Positions 16,847 to 27,002 of a stretch of 64,000 bases of DNA are shown piece after piece (position 1 is the stretch's first letter; the number at the start of each line of letters is the position of its first letter). The stretch is taken from NCBI GenBank assembly GCA_001789695.1, contig MGAI01000035.1, forward strand, positions 2,274 through 66,273. Direction: 5' to 3'. Under the pieces are notes generated by a model that was not told the origin of the DNA, searched no databases, and was given only the letters and a program-made list of their open reading frames with translations. This DNA comes from Candidatus Roizmanbacteria bacterium RIFCSPLOWO2_01_FULL_37_16. Lineage in GTDB: Bacteria > Patescibacteriota > Microgenomatia > UBA1406 > GWC2-37-13. The position numbers and the translations under genes were made by a program.

Positions 16847-17984
16847 TGGTTTTACTTACTAATTTTTCAAATAAATTTTCTAGATCATCAATAGACTTTT
16901 TAAGCGAGTATTTTTGAGAGGAAAGTAGTGCTTCTTTGCCCATTTGCATTCGTATTTTTGTATTTAACATAAGCTTTTTTAGTTGCTGGTTAAATTGTAA
17001 ATCGCTATTTGCCAAAAGACCATTTTTTTCATGGCTGATAAAATCTTTAGGACCAGGAACGTTAAAACTAACTACGGGTAAACCAGCTGATAATGCCTCC
17101 AAGATTACGCAGGCTTGTGTATCTAATTTCGAAGGATAGGCAAAAATATCTGCCAGAGTGTAGAACTCTGCTATTTTATTGTGTTCGATTGCACCTAAAA
17201 ATTGACAGGACTCGCTTATTTTTAAGAATGAAGCTAAATTTCTTAAATATTGTTCTTCTGGACCTTCACCAACCAGACAAAGAGTAAAGGGAATTTTTAA
17301 ATTAATCTTGCCTATAATTTTTAATAATGAGTCTAGGTTTTTTTCTCTGGATAAACGCGCTACGCAAAGAATAATTAGTTTGTCTTGGCTGAGACCGTAT
17401 TTTTTACGTAATTTGCTTTTGCTTTGATTTTGCATAAACATCGATTCCCTTACTGAGGGGATTACACTAAAAGGAGTAAATATTCCTTGAAGGGTAAGAA
17501 TTTTTTTTACCGAGTCTGTTTCAACGATAAGGTGGTTTGATTTGGTAATAGTATTGTAAACGCTTTTTGAAACTTGATCCGAAACTAAATTTAAAGGAAA
17601 AGCGGAGGAAAAAGTTGTAATATAGCGGGAATAATGGGAATGGTAAAAAAAAACAGCAGGAGATTTATAGCGTCTGGCCAGGTAAAGAGATATATCCCCT
17701 AGGTAAAAAGGGTGATGAAAAAATACTAAATCAAACTCTTCTCTTAAGATTAAATAAATTAATAGACTTGGAAGAGGCAGCATAAGGGGGTAGTCTTTAT
17801 ATATTGGATTAGAAAATGACAACAGCCTGATTACTCCTTTCTCCTTTTTTTGTTTCGGGTGTCTGGGCGCAATTAGTTTAACGCTATGGCCCCTTTTTTC
17901 CAGCTCTCGCTTTTGTAAAGCCGCTGTTACGGCTACACCATTGATGCTGGGCGTATATGTAGCTGTTAAAATAAGAATTCGCAT
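16839..17984 (-). CDS. Glycosyltransferase family 4 (GT-B, group 1)
   Basis: MRILILT...SINGVA N-terminus and the C-terminal E-x7-E region (YPSKLDTQACVILEALSAGLPVV). Overlaps the downstream gene by 8 nt. Confidence 0.85.
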   Translation of the reverse strand: MRILILTATYTPSINGVAVTAALQKRELEKRGHSVKLIAPRHPKQKKEKGVIRLLSFSNPIYKDYPLMLPLPSLLIYLILREEFDLVFFHHPFYLGDISLYLARRYKSPAVFFYHSHYSRYITTFSSAFPLNLVSDQVSKSVYNTITKSNHLIVETDSVKKILTLQGIFTPFSVIPSVRESMFMQNQSKSKLRKKYGLSQDKLIILCVARLSREKNLDSLLKIIGKINLKIPFTLCLVGEGPEEQYLRNLASFLKISESCQFLGAIEHNKIAEFYTLADIFAYPSKLDTQACVILEALSAGLPVVSFNVPGPKDFISHEKNGLLANSDLQFNQQLKKLMLNTKIRMQMGKEALLSSQKYSLKKSIDDLENLFEKLVSKTSE

Positions 17985-18098
17985 AGATAATTTAATAAAA
18001 TATTATAGCTTTATCTGATAAAATAATCAGTATGACCTTACTATCTAGCGAATTTGATAAAATTTGCTTATACGAACGGGTTCCGTAGTACTTGGCTT

Positions 18099-18169
18099 GC
18101 CTCCTTAGCTTAGTGGTAAAGCAGCGGTTTTGTAAACCGTCGATCGCAGTTCGATTCTGCGAGGAGGCT
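18099..18169 (+). tRNA. tRNA-Thr(UGU)
   Basis: Hand-folded cloverleaf: acceptor GCCTCCT/AGGAGGC, anticodon arm GCGGT-TTTGTAA-ACCGT, T arm CGCAG-TTCGATT-CTGCG. Confidence 0.85.
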
Positions 18170-18214
18170 CAAAAAAGCAAGGCAAGCTAGTTACTAAGAG
18201 TGTAATTAATATTA

Positions 18215-18287
18215 GCGCTCGTAGCTTAATGGATAGAGCAATTCCCTTCTAAGGAATAGGTTGAGCGTTCGACTCGCTCCGAGCGCA
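18215..18287 (+). tRNA. tRNA-Arg(UCU)
   Basis: Acceptor GCGCTCG/CGAGCGC, anticodon arm ATTCC-CTTCTAA-GGAAT, T arm GAGCG-TTCGACT-CGCTC. Confidence 0.85.
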
Positions 18288-18330
18288 CTTCGATCTCGAT
18301 TTATACGTGTCTGTCTGGGGAGTACTTAAA

Positions 18331-18756
18331 ATGAAGAAAAAAGAAAAAAAGATCATCCCAGTTATTGTAGCGGTGATACGAAAAAACCAGAGATATCTTC
18401 TTACCAAGAGAAGACATAACGATGGCAGGTTTAATAACAAATGGCAGTTTCCCGGTGGAGAGTTAGAGTATGGCGAGAAAATCTATACCTGTTTAAAGCG
18501 AGAAGTCAAAGAAGAACTAAACCTAGATATAAAAAAAGCCAAATTAATACCAATTATTTATGAAGCTAAACGATATGATTGGCACGGATTACTTTTTCCC
18601 TATCTTTGTCAGTTGAATAAAGGCGAACAAAATATTAAATTAGACGACGAAGCTTCCGATTATAGGTGGTTTTTAGCCAGCGAAATTAAGAAGTTAAAAC
18701 AGTATCTTCCAGGATTAAAAGAGATTTTAAAAGAAGTGGATAAGGTTAATTTTTGA
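18331..18756 (+). CDS. Nudix hydrolase (MutT-like)
   Basis: Nudix box GGELEYGEKIYTCLKREVKEELNL. Start placed at the ATG at 18331, because the GTG at 18307 in the track abuts the tRNA. Confidence 0.8.
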   Translation: MKKKEKKIIPVIVAVIRKNQRYLLTKRRHNDGRFNNKWQFPGGELEYGEKIYTCLKREVKEELNLDIKKAKLIPIIYEAKRYDWHGLLFPYLCQLNKGEQNIKLDDEASDYRWFLASEIKKLKQYLPGLKEILKEVDKVNF

Positions 18757-18761
18757 AATCT

Positions 18762-18846
18762 TGGTGGGTCGGAGAGGACTTGAACCTCCACGCCTTGCGG
18801 CACAGCCTCCTCAAGACTGCGCGTATACCAATTCCGCCACCGACCC
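18762..18846 (-). tRNA. tRNA-Leu(GAG), class II, CCA encoded
   Basis: The reverse complement reads GGGTCGGTGGCGGAATTGGTATACGCGCAGTCTTGAGGAGGCTG...GGAGGTTCAAGTCCTCTCCGACCCACCA. Anticodon loop TTGAGGA. Confidence 0.85.
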
Positions 18847-18887
18847 AAACACCAGATAAATCAGAAGAGATCGTCTGAATTATTATA

Positions 18888-20249
18888 TCACTTCCTTTTG
18901 ATCGTGTAAACGTAGGGAAAATAGAAGAAGATTGCTGGCATATCGTCAACTACAACTCTTTGAAACTCTTGATAATAGGTTTTTCTTTCTGCGAGTGAAT
19001 TGGTATTTCTTCCGTCTTCCAAGAGTTTGTCGATTTTTACATTTTTGTAACCTCCAATGTTGCCCTGTGTTTGAGTCGAGTGCCAAAAAAAATATTGATC
19101 GGGATCTTGTGGCACATTCCAAAAAGCCAAAAAAAGATCAAAGTTATCAGGCTTTTCCGAAGAGGCCAGATTTAAATTAATCCTAAGACCCGTATCTTTG
19201 AGAGCTTTGACAATAATATCTGCGTCATTTAAATAATCGTAATAAGTAAAGAAATTTAATTCCGAAGCACCACTGGCAGTAACGGCTTTTTTAAGAACTT
19301 TTTCTGCCGAAAATTGATCAAAAACCGGATTTTTCTGATTAAGGTTGTACGCCCAGGAAATTGGCGCAATAGGACTCAAAGCGACCTCGCCAGAATCTTT
19401 AAATTTTAATTTGTCTACGGCCATATTTAGCGCTTGTCTTACTTCTTTTTGTTTTAAGAGGGGACTAGTAAAATTAAAAAATAAAGTTAGAAGCCTATTG
19501 TAGTCTGTTGATTTACTGATAGTTGAGTTTTTCCATTTTTGAAATATATCGGCGAAACTTTTTTTGCTAAGAGTCATTTGGTTTATTTCTCCTAGTTTAT
19601 AAGCATTAATAAGATCTGATTCTGTTCGATAAAATTTATAGATTATAAACGGTATATTTTTTTTATTTGGACTTAAGGTAAGTTCAACAATAGATCCATA
19701 GCGAGATTTGATCCTATCGACTCTATATAGTCCGGCAACGCCAATCAGCGGAAAGCGAAGAATGGGTTTTTTAAGAAAGGTGGGAAAGATAGGAAGAGGT
19801 TTTTTTAATCTAAAATAAATTGTCTTATCATCAAGGACTTTTGTTTCTACGTCTTTGAATTGAAAGTCGATATCATGCGCGCTAAATTTTTTTCCATCTG
19901 ACCAGATAAGACCGTCTCGTATGTGGAAGCGGTATTCTTTTTGTCCATTTGCTACTTCCCAAGTTGAAGCAATAGTAGGAATAAATTCACCTTTTTCATT
20001 GATGAAAAGAAGGCCGTTGGAGATTTTACTGATAATGTCGTCGGGCAATGAATTAAATTGATATTCTCCAACCACTCCTATAATTTCTTTTTTGGCAAGA
20101 AAAATTGTCTGGATATAGGGAGAAAAAGATATAAAGCTGACAATCAGAATAAAACTTAAGAAAAAGCTAAGCAAAATAATTTTAAGCTGTTTTTTTACAA
20201 ACTCAATGGATAACCAATAATAATAGCGAAATGTTTTCTTTAAAAGCAT
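18888..20249 (-). CDS. ABC-transporter substrate-binding protein, family 5 (peptide/nickel type), membrane anchored
   Basis: N-terminal TM anchor followed by SBP_bac_5-like sequence (IASTWEV...YRFHIRDGLIWSDGKKFSAHDI). No permease or ATPase genes adjacent. Confidence 0.7.
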   Translation of the reverse strand: MLLKKTFRYYYWLSIEFVKKQLKIILLSFFLSFILIVSFISFSPYIQTIFLAKKEIIGVVGEYQFNSLPDDIISKISNGLLFINEKGEFIPTIASTWEVANGQKEYRFHIRDGLIWSDGKKFSAHDIDFQFKDVETKVLDDKTIYFRLKKPLPIFPTFLKKPILRFPLIGVAGLYRVDRIKSRYGSIVELTLSPNKKNIPFIIYKFYRTESDLINAYKLGEINQMTLSKKSFADIFQKWKNSTISKSTDYNRLLTLFFNFTSPLLKQKEVRQALNMAVDKLKFKDSGEVALSPIAPISWAYNLNQKNPVFDQFSAEKVLKKAVTASGASELNFFTYYDYLNDADIIVKALKDTGLRINLNLASSEKPDNFDLFLAFWNVPQDPDQYFFWHSTQTQGNIGGYKNVKIDKLLEDGRNTNSLAERKTYYQEFQRVVVDDMPAIFFYFPYVYTIKRK

Positions 20250-20301
20250 AGAAAAAAAGAATTACCGCGTTAGTGAAAATTCGCTTTAATTTGTGGTAAT
20301 T

Positions 20302-20520
20302 CTATTTCACAAATAAATTAATTAAAGAAATTACGAAGAATATTATAATTAAAAACACAGTAAGCCGCAATGTAAGCTTCTCAATACCTCTTCTGGTTTG
20401 AAATAACTCACCACCACCGCCCCAGGCGCTGCCTAATCCTGCTCCTCTTCCCTGGATTAAAATAAGGATGACGACCAAGATGCTTAAGGCAATATTGACT
20501 AGCAATAAGATATTTCTCAT
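20302..20520 (-). CDS. secG: Preprotein translocase subunit SecG
   Basis: 72 aa, two TM helices with the central G-rich loop (LIQGRGAGLGSAWGGGG). Confidence 0.8.
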   Translation of the reverse strand: MRNILLLVNIALSILVVILILIQGRGAGLGSAWGGGGELFQTRRGIEKLTLRLTVFLIIIFFVISLINLFVK

Positions 20521-20915
20521 AGAATTAGTTCTAAAATATTAATTATTAATGATAAGGAGAAAGAAGATAAGAAAACGTTGGTTATATAATTTATCTCAAC
20601 AGGTTTTACTACTAGACCACCAAATGTTAATCCTAAAAATTTCCAGGCTTTTATCTCAACCAAAGAGAAATGGGAAATAAAAACATAAAATAAAATAAAA
20701 TAAATAAGCGAGGAGAGAAGGCCGAGAGTAATGAAGTTGACGGGCAACAAGATTATTTTGCTGATGGGTAAAACTAGATAATAAAATAAGGCTATTAAAA
20801 GGATAGTCCTAATGAAGATATAAGGTGTAAAGTTGACTTTAAATCCTTGATTCCAAAGCGAAGTTAGATATAGAGCCAGCGCTGAGAAAATTAGCATTCT
20901 AGTTATTTTTTTCAT
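20517..20915 (-). CDS. Four-TM membrane protein (PF04020 / holin-4-like family resemblance)
   Basis: Four hydrophobic helices. LLPVNFITLGLLSSLIYFILFYV resembles the lP..ilTLGLF motif of that family. 4-nt overlap with secG. Confidence 0.45.
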   Translation of the reverse strand: MKKITRMLIFSALALYLTSLWNQGFKVNFTPYIFIRTILLIALFYYLVLPISKIILLPVNFITLGLLSSLIYFILFYVFISHFSLVEIKAWKFLGLTFGGLVVKPVEINYITNVFLSSFSLSLIINILELIL

Positions 20916-20921
20916 AATTTA

Positions 20922-22268
20922 TTATAGCATCATCCTTTTAGTTCTTAAGAGTAAGTGGTATTTTCTAGCAAAGCGATGGGCTTCGTCGCGTAGAGACCTG
21001 ATTAAGTTGAAACCAAGATCATGGGGACTGGGTCGTAGGGTAACAAGTTTGTCTGTTGCGCTTATTACAATTCGGTCAGGCTGTTTGGCAATACCAATAA
21101 GCTTGGGATTCCAGGTTCTATTTCCTCCTAAAACAGCCATTTCCTCTGTTGTCTTTGCCAGCAAGGTTTTGACTTTAAGCACTTGTGGCGTTCCGCCGTC
21201 GACTACGATAAGATCGGGTTTATCCCAATTTTGTTTAAATCTTCTGAGGAAAACTTCTTCCAACATCTCCAAATCGGACTTGGCAGTATGGCTTTTAATT
21301 CTAAAGCGTTTATATTGGGATTTATCTGGTAATCCATTTATAAAAACAATCATTGAGGCGGTTGCGTCTTTTTGAAACAAATTACTGATATCATAACACT
21401 CAATACGATGAAGCTTTTCTAATCTTCTAAAATACACCTTTAAGGTGTTAAGTAGATTGTCGAGAGCCTCTGAAGATCTATTAAAATGGGTAGATATATC
21501 AGCTGAAAAATGGGTTTGATAAATTAATCGTTCAAACCTTTGAATTTTGTTTCTAAGTAGCAAGGCTTGTTCGTATTGTTGATTTTTTGTTAGATTTTTA
21601 AGTATTTTAAATGAATTTTGTAAAACTAGTAGGACGTCTCCTTGGAGGATTCGAATAACTTGTTTGATATTATTACGATATTGTCGTTTTAAAATTATTC
21701 TGGTTTTTTTATCCGAAAGGGAGATGATTTGATTTGGGCAGGGCTTGCATAAACCGATTTTTGCATAAAAACAAGACCTTTGGCTAATAATTTTTTGCTG
21801 GCAAAAAGGAAAGATTTTTCTAATGCTTCCTAAAATATCCTCGACATCTTTTTTCGAGGGAAAAGGACCGAAATAGAGTGATTTACGGTCATTCTCGCGT
21901 CTAGTAGATAAGACCTTAGGAAAGTCAGCTTTAGAGGTAATTTTGATATAAAGATAGCTTTTGTCATCTTTCCAGCGGCTATTGTATTTTGGATGATATT
22001 TTTGGATTAGCGAAGATTCCAAAAGAAGCGCTTTGAACTCAGAATCGGTAATTTGATAGCCGATTTTATCGCAATTTTTAATGATGAGTGCTTCTTTCGG
22101 GTCAAGTTTAGCATTTTCCAAGTGTGAACGAATTCTTGCCCTCAGTGAAATAGCTTTACCAATATAGAGAGGTTTATCTCCTTTTTTAAAAAGATATACG
22201 CCGGTTAGGTTGGGGACAGAGGAGAAACTGAGATTTTTAAAGGGTAATAATTGCATAGTTATTGGCAA
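20922..22268 (-). CDS. uvrC: Excinuclease ABC subunit C, short form (448 aa)
   Basis: N-terminal GIY-YIG domain (GVYLFKKGDKPLYIGKAISLRARIRSH), a UVR-like helix and an Endo-V-like domain (DISNL...VVDGG...RDEAHRFA). The C-terminal (HhH)2 domain appears absent. Confidence 0.85.
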   Translation of the reverse strand: MPITMQLLPFKNLSFSSVPNLTGVYLFKKGDKPLYIGKAISLRARIRSHLENAKLDPKEALIIKNCDKIGYQITDSEFKALLLESSLIQKYHPKYNSRWKDDKSYLYIKITSKADFPKVLSTRRENDRKSLYFGPFPSKKDVEDILGSIRKIFPFCQQKIISQRSCFYAKIGLCKPCPNQIISLSDKKTRIILKRQYRNNIKQVIRILQGDVLLVLQNSFKILKNLTKNQQYEQALLLRNKIQRFERLIYQTHFSADISTHFNRSSEALDNLLNTLKVYFRRLEKLHRIECYDISNLFQKDATASMIVFINGLPDKSQYKRFRIKSHTAKSDLEMLEEVFLRRFKQNWDKPDLIVVDGGTPQVLKVKTLLAKTTEEMAVLGGNRTWNPKLIGIAKQPDRIVISATDKLVTLRPSPHDLGFNLIRSLRDEAHRFARKYHLLLRTKRMML

Positions 22269-22273
22269 CTGGT

Positions 22274-24106
22274 TTATTTTACACTTCGTTTCTTAAGGGT
22301 GAAGATGATTAATATCAACCCGGAAATTAGCAGAAGGCTATATGAGATTTTTACTGCCAATTCATAATAAAAAGGTACAATCTTAAACTTGGCAACTATT
22401 GACTGGTTTTGGGGAAAGTTTATAGTGAAATCTCCTTCAGTTTTTTTCTTTCTTTCTTTTGCGCTTATCGAAAAAGACAAGGTTTTTTTTTCAAAAGGGG
22501 CCAGAGGAGGCAAAATTAAGGAGGGAGGATCAACTTTAAGATTGACGCTACGAATTGGGAAGCCATTTGAACTAAAATAGGTATTGCCTTTGTTTTGGAT
22601 AGTTAGCTTAAACTGATAGGTTTGAGAGCTATTTATTTGTTTGGGGAAAGAATCAGACTGTATAGCTAATTTTTGTAATTCTTTAGGAATTTTGTTGGTT
22701 GGAGAGATGGAAACATCACGAGAATCTTCAATTTTATAAGTGCCTGCTGGTAGAGGATTTTCAGGGTCTTTTCCATGAATGGCAAAGGTGATATGGTTTA
22801 AATCAAAGGAGGAGAAGTAGTCTATGCCTGAGGTGTTTTCCCAGGTTGGATCAACCGGCTGCCAAATTTCTAATTCTGTATCAAAATACTCCGGCCAGGA
22901 ATGAAGAATGTCAGAGACAAGAGAAAGTGGTCTAATTGATGGATCCTGTGAGAAGCCATAGCCTTGAATTTCTCTAGCATATATTCCTTTTCGGCGAGCA
23001 ATCGCTATGAAAAGGTCGGTAAACTCCATGCAGACTGCTTTATCGGGATTTGTTAAGACCGAATCAGCGCCAAGCCTGATATTTTCTGTTTTTACTTTAT
23101 CATAATCATAGTTTAATTTGTTGGTAACATAAGAATAGATTTCTTTCGGGTTGGCAGAAATTTCGTTGATTGCTTCAGCCTGAGAAATCTTCCAATATTT
23201 AGATTCAGATAAAAGATATTTTTTTTGATCTAAAAATTTTTTTCTTTCGTGTTCGATGAAATTTTCTCTCCTTTTTGAGAAAACTGAAATAGTACCTTTA
23301 AATGAAATTGTTTTTAATTCTTGCGGTTTTAAGAAATACCTGCCAAGAAAGTTGCCATCTGAGTCAGTTGATACCGAAACAGGTTCGGGGTCGATTTCAT
23401 CGAGATATATTTTTTGATAGAGAGTATCTGGTGGAAAGGCTACCTCGGTATAAACCGGTACTAGTTTCGGATTTTTTAAGTGGTAGGCGAGTTCGGTTTG
23501 ATAATATTGGATATCGCCAAATACGGCATAAACTGTCTTGGTTGAAGGATTATTCCAGGTTATGGTATTTCCGTTAATACTATCTGGCTTAGGTTTGGCA
23601 ATTGAAATGCTTTTTTGGGAATTTTGCGGCAGATGAACAAGAATTTTATAGTTGTTATCTTTTCTATCTTCAACGGTAGGAATAATAACTTCCCAGATAT
23701 TGCCATTTAGATTAAAAAGATTATCTTGATAAAATTCTAAGTAGAGATTATTTACAGAACCTTTGCCAGTTTTTGGCTGGGAAAATTCTAAAGCTATTTT
23801 CGTATAACCATCGGATGGAGAAATTTGGGGTGAGAGTAGGGTGTAATCATCATAGGCTTTTATCTCTCTGATGCTGAATGATTTAGGAAATCCAATAGAG
23901 AATTGCTTTACATAAACGTCTGCTCTGAAATTGGTTATAGCTATAGAAAATCTTACTTTGCTATTTAATCTATTTTCTTTCTCGCTTAAAAAATATTCGA
24001 CTTGGTAGTCGTTGCGAAAATCTTGAGAATAAGACCTGGTAGCAAGAAGTAAGTAGAAAGTAGTAACTAGAAATATATATAGACATTTTAAAAAAAATTG
24101 TTTCAT
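22274..24106 (-). CDS. Transglutaminase-like (Cys-His-Asp) protein with N-terminal signal/TM and C-terminal TM anchor
   Basis: Core motifs AVCMEFTDLFIAIARRKGIYAREIQGYG (Cys), LHSWPEYF (His) and WQPVDPTW (Asp). Hydrophobic N- and C-termini. ATGA overlap with the uvrA stop, and 5 nt from the uvrC start. Confidence 0.6.
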   Translation of the reverse strand: MKQFFLKCLYIFLVTTFYLLLATRSYSQDFRNDYQVEYFLSEKENRLNSKVRFSIAITNFRADVYVKQFSIGFPKSFSIREIKAYDDYTLLSPQISPSDGYTKIALEFSQPKTGKGSVNNLYLEFYQDNLFNLNGNIWEVIIPTVEDRKDNNYKILVHLPQNSQKSISIAKPKPDSINGNTITWNNPSTKTVYAVFGDIQYYQTELAYHLKNPKLVPVYTEVAFPPDTLYQKIYLDEIDPEPVSVSTDSDGNFLGRYFLKPQELKTISFKGTISVFSKRRENFIEHERKKFLDQKKYLLSESKYWKISQAEAINEISANPKEIYSYVTNKLNYDYDKVKTENIRLGADSVLTNPDKAVCMEFTDLFIAIARRKGIYAREIQGYGFSQDPSIRPLSLVSDILHSWPEYFDTELEIWQPVDPTWENTSGIDYFSSFDLNHITFAIHGKDPENPLPAGTYKIEDSRDVSISPTNKIPKELQKLAIQSDSFPKQINSSQTYQFKLTIQNKGNTYFSSNGFPIRSVNLKVDPPSLILPPLAPFEKKTLSFSISAKERKKKTEGDFTINFPQNQSIVAKFKIVPFYYELAVKISYSLLLISGLILIIFTLKKRSVK

Positions 24107-26976
24107 CTTGATATTTTGCTTAAATATTGGCCAGTAAAAGATTTCTTTTCTTTTAGGATACCATTAATTTCTCCCTGGTAGACAATGTTTCCACCCTTAT
24201 CACCGCCTTCTGGGCCAAGATCAATGATGTATTGACAATTTTTGATTACATCGAGGTTATGCTCAATAATTATGACCGTATTGCCAAGATTGACCAATTG
24301 ACGCAATGTATTGAGGAGTTTTTCTATATCATAGAAATGGAGCCCTGTCGTTGGTTCGTCTAAGATATATAAGGTGTTGCCGGTTGTTTTTTTAGATAAT
24401 TCATGCGCCAGTTTAATTCTTTGTGCTTCACCTCCTGAGAAGGTTGGGGCTGGTTGACCCAGTTCAACATAATCAAGTCCAACATTTTTCAAAAAAATTA
24501 GTTTTTGCTGAATATGAGGATGATTGCTAAAAAAATCTGAAGCTTCCTCAACGGTCATTTTTAAAATTTCAAAGATGTTTTTACCTTTGAATTTCACTTC
24601 CAACGTCTCTTGGTTATACCTTTTGCCAGAGCAGATATCACACTTTACATAGACATCAGGCAAAAACTGCATCTCAATTTTAACCACTCCAGCGCCTTGA
24701 CATTTTTCACAACGTCCACCTTTTAAATTAAAAGAAAATCTGCCTTTTTTATAACCTTTGATCTTGGCATCGGTAGTTTGGGCAAAGATCTCTCTCACTT
24801 CGTCAAAAAATCCAACATAGGTTGCAGGATTTGAACGGGGAGTTCGGCCGATTGGGGACTGATCAACCAGGTAAATTCGATCTAAATAATGATAACCTTC
24901 AAGATGTTTATATTTACCTATTTTTTCTTGATAATATCCCTCGAGATAATATTTTAAAGCAGAATAAAGTGTCTTAACGATAAGAGTTGATTTACCTGAA
25001 CCTGAAACTCCGGTTATGGCAACCATGTTTCCCAAAGGAAAGCGAGCAGTAATTTTTTTTAAATTGTATTCTGATGCACCGGATAAAACCAATTGACCTT
25101 TATTTTTATTCAGTCCATTTATTTTTGTTTGGATTTTTCGTTTACCAGACAAAAATTGAGCAGTGAGTGAGAGAGTGGATTTCTGTTTGGTCAGAGAGGT
25201 GAGGGGGCCGCTAAAAATGAGCTTGCCTCCGTGTTTGCCAGCATAGGGTCCAAGTTCTATGATGTGTTCTGCCGCCTCGATTGTTTCTTTATCGTGTTCA
25301 ACAACTAAGATAGTATTGCCAAGTTGTTTAAGCTTGTAAAGCGTTTGAATAAGAGCCGAGACGTCTTTGGGATGAAGTCCAATTGAAGGTTCGTCAAGCA
25401 CATAAAGAACACCGGTGAGACCTGTGCCAATTTGGGAAGCTAGACGTATACGCTGAAGTTCGCCACCAGCCAGAGTTTTGGCAGGACGACCAATCGATAA
25501 ATAGGATAAGCCGACATTGTTTAAAAATCTTAGTCTGGAGAGAATCTCCTTGAAGATTGACGCAGCAACCTCTTTTTCATACGGATTATCTAGGCTAAGA
25601 GCGTAAGTAAGATAATAATCCATAAGAGCGTCAACAGACATTTTTGAAATTTCTGCAATATTTTTTTTATCAATAGTTATTGACAAAACTTCTGGTTTTA
25701 ATTTATCGCCCTGACACGAAGGACAAATTTCCTCTCTCAGATATTTTTGAATTTCCGCGACAGTATAGTCTCCTTCTGATTCAAAATACCTTCTTTCAAG
25801 TTCTGCCGTAACACCAGTGAATTTTTCATAGATGGCTGTTTGCTTTCCAAAACGGTTTGTTCCAACAACACGGTAGACTTTATCTGTACCGTAAAGAAGA
25901 ATGTCCAGTTTTTCTTTGGCTAGTTTATTGATAGGAATATCTAGATCTATATTTTCCTCATGGGCGACTTGTTTTACTAGTCTGATATACCAGGTTTCAG
26001 CCAAAAAAAATTTAGAAAAAGGGATAACGCCTCCTTCGTTGATGGAAAGAGTTTTGCTTAAAATAAGCTCAGGATCTACTCTATATAGAGTTCCTATACC
26101 TTTACATTTTTCACAGGCACCCAAGGGTGAATTAAAGGAAAACATCCGTGGTTCAATCTCAGGTAGAGATAAATTACAATTAGGGCAGGCAAATTTTTCT
26201 GAATAGAGATGTTGGTTAAATATAACCAAACCATCAGAAAGATTTGTCGCTTGTTCTATAGTCTGGTTTAAGGAAGAGCGAAGGTTGGACTGATAGATCG
26301 GATCTTTAAAATCTTTGTAGCCAATTGAGAGATGTTGAATTAAGACATTTATAGTATGCTTGTTGGTCTTAGCTAAGGAAAGATCAGAACTGATTTCAAT
26401 CTCTTGATTGTCAACTTGAGCTTTAGTGAATCCTTTGGAAAGCAAGTTGGCAAACAAATCTTTAAATTGGCCTTTTTGACTTCTCACAACCGGCGAATAG
26501 ATGAAATATGAGTGCGGTTTGATTTTATCTGAAGAAACGGCTTTTGCAATTTCTTTAAATACTTTGGTTACTATCTCGTCAACCGACTGTTTAGATATTT
26601 CTCTACCACAATTTGGGCAGTGGGGATGACCGATACGTGCAAAAAGCAACCTCAAGTAATCATAAATTTCTGTGATCGTCCCGACTGTAGACCTTGGATT
26701 GTGTGAAACGGTTTTTTGATCAATAGAAATAGAAGGTGAGAGTCCTTCGATGAGATCAACGTCAGGTTTATCCATCACGCCCAAAAATTGTCTGGCATAA
26801 GTTGAAAGCGACTCGACATATCTTCTTTGTCCCTCGGCATAGATTGTGTCAAAAGCTAAAGAAGATTTGCCCGATCCGGAAACACCGGTAATAACGATGA
26901 ATTTGTTTTTTGGTATATCAAGATTTATGTTTTGCAGGTTATGTTGACGGGCGCCTCTTATTTTTATGAAATCCAT
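24103..26976 (-). CDS. uvrA: Excinuclease ABC subunit A
   Basis: Two ABC modules ([12 protein letters not shown], twice), zinc-finger cysteines and LSGGE signatures. Confidence 0.95.
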   Translation of the reverse strand: MDFIKIRGARQHNLQNINLDIPKNKFIVITGVSGSGKSSLAFDTIYAEGQRRYVESLSTYARQFLGVMDKPDVDLIEGLSPSISIDQKTVSHNPRSTVGTITEIYDYLRLLFARIGHPHCPNCGREISKQSVDEIVTKVFKEIAKAVSSDKIKPHSYFIYSPVVRSQKGQFKDLFANLLSKGFTKAQVDNQEIEISSDLSLAKTNKHTINVLIQHLSIGYKDFKDPIYQSNLRSSLNQTIEQATNLSDGLVIFNQHLYSEKFACPNCNLSLPEIEPRMFSFNSPLGACEKCKGIGTLYRVDPELILSKTLSINEGGVIPFSKFFLAETWYIRLVKQVAHEENIDLDIPINKLAKEKLDILLYGTDKVYRVVGTNRFGKQTAIYEKFTGVTAELERRYFESEGDYTVAEIQKYLREEICPSCQGDKLKPEVLSITIDKKNIAEISKMSVDALMDYYLTYALSLDNPYEKEVAASIFKEILSRLRFLNNVGLSYLSIGRPAKTLAGGELQRIRLASQIGTGLTGVLYVLDEPSIGLHPKDVSALIQTLYKLKQLGNTILVVEHDKETIEAAEHIIELGPYAGKHGGKLIFSGPLTSLTKQKSTLSLTAQFLSGKRKIQTKINGLNKNKGQLVLSGASEYNLKKITARFPLGNMVAITGVSGSGKSTLIVKTLYSALKYYLEGYYQEKIGKYKHLEGYHYLDRIYLVDQSPIGRTPRSNPATYVGFFDEVREIFAQTTDAKIKGYKKGRFSFNLKGGRCEKCQGAGVVKIEMQFLPDVYVKCDICSGKRYNQETLEVKFKGKNIFEILKMTVEEASDFFSNHPHIQQKLIFLKNVGLDYVELGQPAPTFSGGEAQRIKLAHELSKKTTGNTLYILDEPTTGLHFYDIEKLLNTLRQLVNLGNTVIIIEHNLDVIKNCQYIIDLGPEGGDKGGNIVYQGEINGILKEKKSFTGQYLSKISR

Positions 26977-27002
26977 AATTTTTTTTTGGATTAATAAATT
27001 TA

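Noticed and set aside
18249-18949. ORFs 18249-18440(-), 18660-18848(-) and 18746-18949(-).
   Set aside because: They overlap tRNA-Arg(UCU), the Nudix gene or tRNA-Leu(GAG), and have no coding features.
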